A stretch of 20,000 nucleotides of DNA from an uncultured virus (IMG/VR IMGVR_UViG_3300043803_001397). Its lineage: Duplodnaviria > Heunggongvirae > Uroviricota > Caudoviricetes. Both the position numbers and the translations under genes were made by a program. Positions 15,978 to 20,000 of this stretch are shown here, piece by piece. The first letter of the stretch is position 1; every line of letters begins with the position of its first letter. The notes beneath the pieces were generated by a model, which did no database searches, had not been told where the DNA came from, and saw only the letters and a list, made by a program, of their open reading frames with translations. Location: IMG/VR virus record IMGVR_UViG_3300043803_001397; one strand, written 5' to 3'.

Positions 15978-17597
15978 TTAGAATGATCCACCAGTTACAG
16001 GGTTTCTCATAACGATCTTCAACACCTTAGTTGGGTCTTTAACCCAGATGGCTGGCATTGTTTGAGTCATGAATACACGGTAACCATTAAAGTTTCCAGA
16101 ACTTTGGAATCCTTGGGTACGACCCATATAGTCCATAGTACCGTTCTGATAGAACCATTTCAGTTGATTATCCCAAGAAAGTTTCAACAAGAAAATGTTG
16201 TCGTTAGTATTCTCAGTGATATCAAAGATAATGAAATTGTAGCTAGACAGAGGGAAACCATCAATAATAGGATTCTCAATGTCATTAGTATTAATGTTAT
16301 CAAATGCAGGATTCAATACAAACTTAACGTTAGCCAAGAAAGGAATAACATATTGAGTGTAAGCAAAACCAAAGTTGAGATCCATTCCTTTACCAGTGAT
16401 AGCACCAACTTCAGAAGCATTAATAACAAGACCAGAGTTAACAGCTTCACGTCTAATAGCTTCATTTACAAGACGCATACCACCCATACCGGTTTGTACA
16501 ACCAGTGAACGTTTGGGATCTGGTCCTTGAAACTCCACCTTACCATTGAAGAAGTTAAAGATTTCAGATTTAAAAAGATCTAGGTTGAAAGAAGCTTTAT
16601 TGTAAACACGCTTGAAAGAGTTATCAAGCTGCTTCCAAAGACCTACAGACAAACGGATATCATCTGGACCGTCTTGCTTCACCTTACCACCTTGTCCCCA
16701 CATCAAGTAGTTCTCAATGTCATTGGCAATTTTAGTGAGGTGAGCAGCTTCAAGAGCTGTAAGGAAAGAACGAGTAAGTTGACCAGACTGATAAGCTTTC
16801 TTTACATAGTCTTTACCCATTTTAGCAGCCATGGTCTCAAGAGAATGAACAGAAGGATCTACATTCTTGTCAAAGTTACGCCACAGTTCAATTACTGGTA
16901 CAGTACCATCAGCACGAAGACCACCTTTCAACATCAAATCTGCACGACTAGAAATGCTATAATGTACGTGTGCTTCTGCACCACCTACATAGTTATAAAA
17001 CTCACGGAAACCAGCAGATACGTTACCAAGATCGGAAAAACGCTCACCATATTCTCCACGAGCAGAACTCTTACGGAACAGTTTGGTACCAACCTTCAAA
17101 TAACGGTTGTCTAAGAAACGAGTAGTATCACTGTTAACAAGTTGTACAGTGTAAATGAAACCATCACCAGCGGGAATAATCTCATCTTGTACAATGTACA
17201 TTTCCACACCGTTGTATTTGTCATAAGTGATGATGTCACCATGTCCAAAAGAACGTTTGTTAATTTTGATTTTAAATGTTTGACCGTCAACACCTTTGGT
17301 AGTGTTAGCAGATTCTACATCTTCTACAATGTAGGGAAGATCCTGAGCTACAGGAACTTGCCATTTGTACTCACCACGTGCGTTATCTACAGAAATAACG
17401 TTCTTTCCACCAAAGCTAGACATTTGGTACAGAGGCATTTCTACCTTCTGTGCCATAGCCCAAAGATCCACCGGACCAAGGTCGGTAGGCTCTGCACTCT
17501 TCAGCAGATTAGAAAGGTGGTAAGAATCTACGTGTGAGCTAGTTTGATAGCTGGTATCCCGCAGAAAAATACCGTTGTTTAAACTCGGAGTAGGCAT
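15978..17597 (-). CDS. Major capsid protein (crAss-like, HK97 fold)
   Basis: 539 aa. GEYKWQV, ENYLMWG, SVGLWKQL, VVQTGMGG, LNPAFDN and IWVKDPTK motifs recall crAss-like MCPs. Strong codon bias; follows the portal and scaffold genes. Confidence 0.9.
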   Translation of the reverse strand: MPTPSLNNGIFLRDTSYQTSSHVDSYHLSNLLKSAEPTDLGPVDLWAMAQKVEMPLYQMSSFGGKNVISVDNARGEYKWQVPVAQDLPYIVEDVESANTTKGVDGQTFKIKINKRSFGHGDIITYDKYNGVEMYIVQDEIIPAGDGFIYTVQLVNSDTTRFLDNRYLKVGTKLFRKSSARGEYGERFSDLGNVSAGFREFYNYVGGAEAHVHYSISSRADLMLKGGLRADGTVPVIELWRNFDKNVDPSVHSLETMAAKMGKDYVKKAYQSGQLTRSFLTALEAAHLTKIANDIENYLMWGQGGKVKQDGPDDIRLSVGLWKQLDNSFKRVYNKASFNLDLFKSEIFNFFNGKVEFQGPDPKRSLVVQTGMGGMRLVNEAIRREAVNSGLVINASEVGAITGKGMDLNFGFAYTQYVIPFLANVKFVLNPAFDNINTNDIENPIIDGFPLSSYNFIIFDITENTNDNIFLLKLSWDNQLKWFYQNGTMDYMGRTQGFQSSGNFNGYRVFMTQTMPAIWVKDPTKVLKIVMRNPVTGGSF

Positions 17598-17629
17598 AGT
17601 AAATTGGATTTTAGATTAAATAAAATATT

Positions 17630-18916
17630 TTAACGTTTAAATATATTTGTAGGTCTAGCTATTTTGCGTGTTTTTGTTTCTTGTTCATCTTCTTGATATG
17701 AAGAAACATTTTTACGACTTTGTTCTGTTTTTAGCTGACGTACTGTTTGTTCAACTGCTTGATTCTTACCCTGTTTTACTAGATTTTGTCTATATTCATC
17801 AGGATTGGAAAGCAACCATAAAGCTTCAGCAATCAGAGGATAGTTGGGTTCTACAAACTGATATTTCTCTAAGAGATGTCCTAATAAGTTTGTAGGACGA
17901 CCGCTTATAGAAGGATATTGAGGCTGAACAAGACCACTATAAAGCTGAGCCTGAGTTTTTTTATCAAGTTTTAACCCATTAATCTCAGCCGGTCTCAAAG
18001 CTTCAAACACATTTTGCATGTAAGCCTGAGCAGCTTGTTCTTGTTGTTGTTTTCTTGATTCTTGTTCTGCAAGTTGAGACTGAACAATCTCTTCTTGCAT
18101 CTGATCTAGCTTTGGTTTGAACTGCTTGGCTTTCTTTTCTAGTACACCAAGGTCTTTCCAAGTGGTAATTTCTTCTTCTATTTCTTCCTCATTACCAAAA
18201 CCGGTAGCTTGTAAATACGATTTAACAATACCTTCTTGGTCATTTTCATCTGCTGGATTTAAAGATCTCACTTGTTCTACCTGAGCTAGAGCTTGGAAAA
18301 GACCTTTAAGATCTTGTCCTCCATCCATTACATATTTAGCAGCATATTGAAGTTCATCAGGTAATGACTCAAAAAACTCTTTAGGAGTTTTAGCAGCTAC
18401 CTCTTGCTTAAGATTATCTATGTTAGCTTGCCAAAGTTCTTCTACGTCTTTTTCTCCTAGACCACTTAAATAGTCATCAAGAGTTTGTTTACTTTCATCA
18501 TAATCATCAAAAGCAAACATTTCCTTTGACTCTATACGCTTCTTAAGAAACTCAACTAAACCAGATTTTTCTGTTTTAGGACGTCCACCTTTAGGTTTAT
18601 TATCTTCTTCAGCATCTTCTTCAGTGATCTCATCAAATACACTTGTAGATGATGTTCCACGTGGAACGTTTTTCTCTTTGTCTTTGTCTTTGTCAGCTTG
18701 ATCATCTTCACTAGAATCTGCTCCAACTTGATCATCATTGTCAATAAAACTAAGATCAACATCTTTCTTAGAAAAAATACTTGGTCTGGCTTCTGGTTTA
18801 CTTGCATCAACTGCTGTAGGTGTTACAACACTTTCTGCACCAGGTGCTCCTAACCAACTGTCAATGTCAACGTCTACTTGTTGTACATTGGTCTGTACAT
18901 TTGATTGATTATCCAT
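17630..18916 (-). CDS. Putative capsid scaffolding protein
   Basis: 428 aa, highly acidic, with a disordered N-terminus and coiled coils. Lies directly upstream of the MCP. Confidence 0.7.
   Translation of the reverse strand: MDNQSNVQTNVQQVDVDIDSWLGAPGAESVVTPTAVDASKPEARPSIFSKKDVDLSFIDNDDQVGADSSEDDQADKDKDKEKNVPRGTSSTSVFDEITEEDAEEDNKPKGGRPKTEKSGLVEFLKKRIESKEMFAFDDYDESKQTLDDYLSGLGEKDVEELWQANIDNLKQEVAAKTPKEFFESLPDELQYAAKYVMDGGQDLKGLFQALAQVEQVRSLNPADENDQEGIVKSYLQATGFGNEEEIEEEITTWKDLGVLEKKAKQFKPKLDQMQEEIVQSQLAEQESRKQQQEQAAQAYMQNVFEALRPAEINGLKLDKKTQAQLYSGLVQPQYPSISGRPTNLLGHLLEKYQFVEPNYPLIAEALWLLSNPDEYRQNLVKQGKNQAVEQTVRQLKTEQSRKNVSSYQEDEQETKTRKIARPTNIFKR
18653..18668. promoter_or_regulatory. parS-like palindrome TGTTCCACGTGGAACG
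   Basis: Perfect 14-bp palindrome GTTCCACGTGGAAC; 15/16 match to the chromosomal parS variant TGTTCCACGTGGAACA. Confidence 0.6.
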
Positions 18917-18945
18917 AAGTTATTTGGTTTTTTATGGGGGTTCTT

Positions 18946-18962
18946 CTACATTAAAAATATAC
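18946..18962 (-). promoter_or_regulatory. Candidate late promoter motif GTATATTTTTAATGTAG
   Basis: In the 115-nt gap upstream of scaffold-MCP; similar to 12004-12020 and loosely to the Bacteroidota -7 element TAnnTTTG. Confidence 0.45.
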
Positions 18963-19031
18963 GATTTTAAACTCTTAAAATTTAAAATGTATTATAAAAA
19001 AATACCTGAAGTATGGATAATAGAGCTATAA

Positions 19032-20000
19032 CTATTTATCCTTTTTCTTCGAAGAAGACTTTACGTCATACTTGTTCTTATTTTCCCGAGCTATCTGCAG
19101 TTGTTTATCTGCTATTTGCTTTTGGGTCTGTAACTTTTCTCTATCTAACTGAAGCTTTTGATTACCAAGTTCTTTTTTAGAAAGTTCAGACTCTCTTTTT
19201 AAATTCATTTGATCTTGATATCGTTGCTCACTTCTAATTCCTTCTAAAACGTCTTGATAGTCAGACTGCTTATTTTCATTTATATCTACTGCTGAACCAT
19301 AACCAGCTGCACGTATTTCAGCTACAGTGATGTCTTTTTGTATCATCTTATCATCACGATCAGACTGGGCTTGAAGATCCATTTGTTTTTGACGCTCTTG
19401 ACTTTCTAGCATTTCTTGCTGCATTTGTTGCTGAGCTTGCTGCTCTTGTTGTTTCTGAGCAAGCATTTTTTCCTCAGCAGCTTTAAGAACACCAGTAAGT
19501 TCAGCTATAGACTCGGATTTAATAACATTTCCAAGATCATAAATAGAAGCACCAGTGGTGTTATTATTTATAGCAAGCTGTTTAAGCTGCTCCATTACAG
19601 CACGGGAATTAGTTTTAGTAGTGCAAAATATATTAAGATCTCTAAGAAGAAGGTCTGTACCATTCATCTCAAAGTTCATTTTTTCATCCTTAGATGTTAT
19701 ATATGTAAGTCTTACACTAGGTTTCTTAGAATGATAGTATTGAGCCAGGTCAGTTCTCATTTGGTGAACTCTTGGCATTAAGTTATCACTATGTTGTATA
19801 AAGTATTGTTCTGTCTGGGCATAACTAGCATTCATAGCTTGTTCTACAGCAGTGGCTGTTTGTTGCTGGGCTATTTGTGCTCCCATACGTTGGGGATTTA
19901 GACCAATAACTTCAAATGCTTGATTTTTAAAATATGTAGCAAGCTGAATACGAGAAAGAAGACGGTTTGTTTGCTCAAGATTAAGCACTTGATAATGCTG
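19032..20000 (-). CDS. Portal protein, C-terminal part (gene begins beyond the window end)
   Basis: Frame is open to 20000 (QHYQVLNLEQ...). IGLNPQRMG...TATAVEQAMNASYAQTE portal motif and a long Gln-rich coiled-coil C-terminus. Confidence 0.85.
   Translation of the reverse strand, partial: QHYQVLNLEQTNRLLSRIQLATYFKNQAFEVIGLNPQRMGAQIAQQQTATAVEQAMNASYAQTEQYFIQHSDNLMPRVHQMRTDLAQYYHSKKPSVRLTYITSKDEKMNFEMNGTDLLLRDLNIFCTTKTNSRAVMEQLKQLAINNNTTGASIYDLGNVIKSESIAELTGVLKAAEEKMLAQKQQEQQAQQQMQQEMLESQERQKQMDLQAQSDRDDKMIQKDITVAEIRAAGYGSAVDINENKQSDYQDVLEGIRSEQRYQDQMNLKRESELSKKELGNQKLQLDREKLQTQKQIADKQLQIARENKNKYDVKSSSKKKDK

Noticed and set aside
15799..15980. Readthrough or frameshift fusion of the MCP to the 338-aa gene, stimulated by the hairpin
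   Set aside because: Readthrough meets TAA after 13 codons, and the downstream gene's frame is closed by TAA at 15811-15813.
1417..19781. Many short plus-strand and alternate-frame ORFs in the track
   Set aside because: All lie within long minus-strand genes and are explained as antisense or frame shadows of biased codon use; no recognisable motifs.
1..20000. Stop-codon reassignment (TAG/TGA), known in some crAss-like phages
   Set aside because: Genes are intact and densely packed in code 11. The two TAG stops (194, 19032) fall at natural protein ends and are soon followed by TAA in frame.

Overview
AT-rich, gene-dense window with all real genes on the minus strand. It is the virion structural module of a crAss-like (Crassvirales-related) Bacteroidota phage, probably environmental. 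In transcription order (right to left): portal C-terminal part, acidic scaffold-like protein, major capsid protein, a 180-nt GC-rich structured intergenic region, a conserved 338-aa protein, a tail ring-like protein, a Dps/ferritin-like protein, an auxiliary capsid-like protein, an intrinsic terminator, tail hub-like proteins with a 47-aa Cys-rich protein between them, and a fibre/adhesin cluster (800 aa, 879 aa, 1434 aa with S74 chaperone, plus small partners). The code is standard (table 11). Four genes missing from the ORF track were found by hand. The most notable signals are a D-armless tRNA-like fold with competing hairpins just after the capsid gene, a near-perfect parS palindrome inside the scaffold gene, a Dps-like gene coupled into the structural operon, and a split beta-propeller adhesin. 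Product calls rest on motif recognition and gene order, not on database searches.
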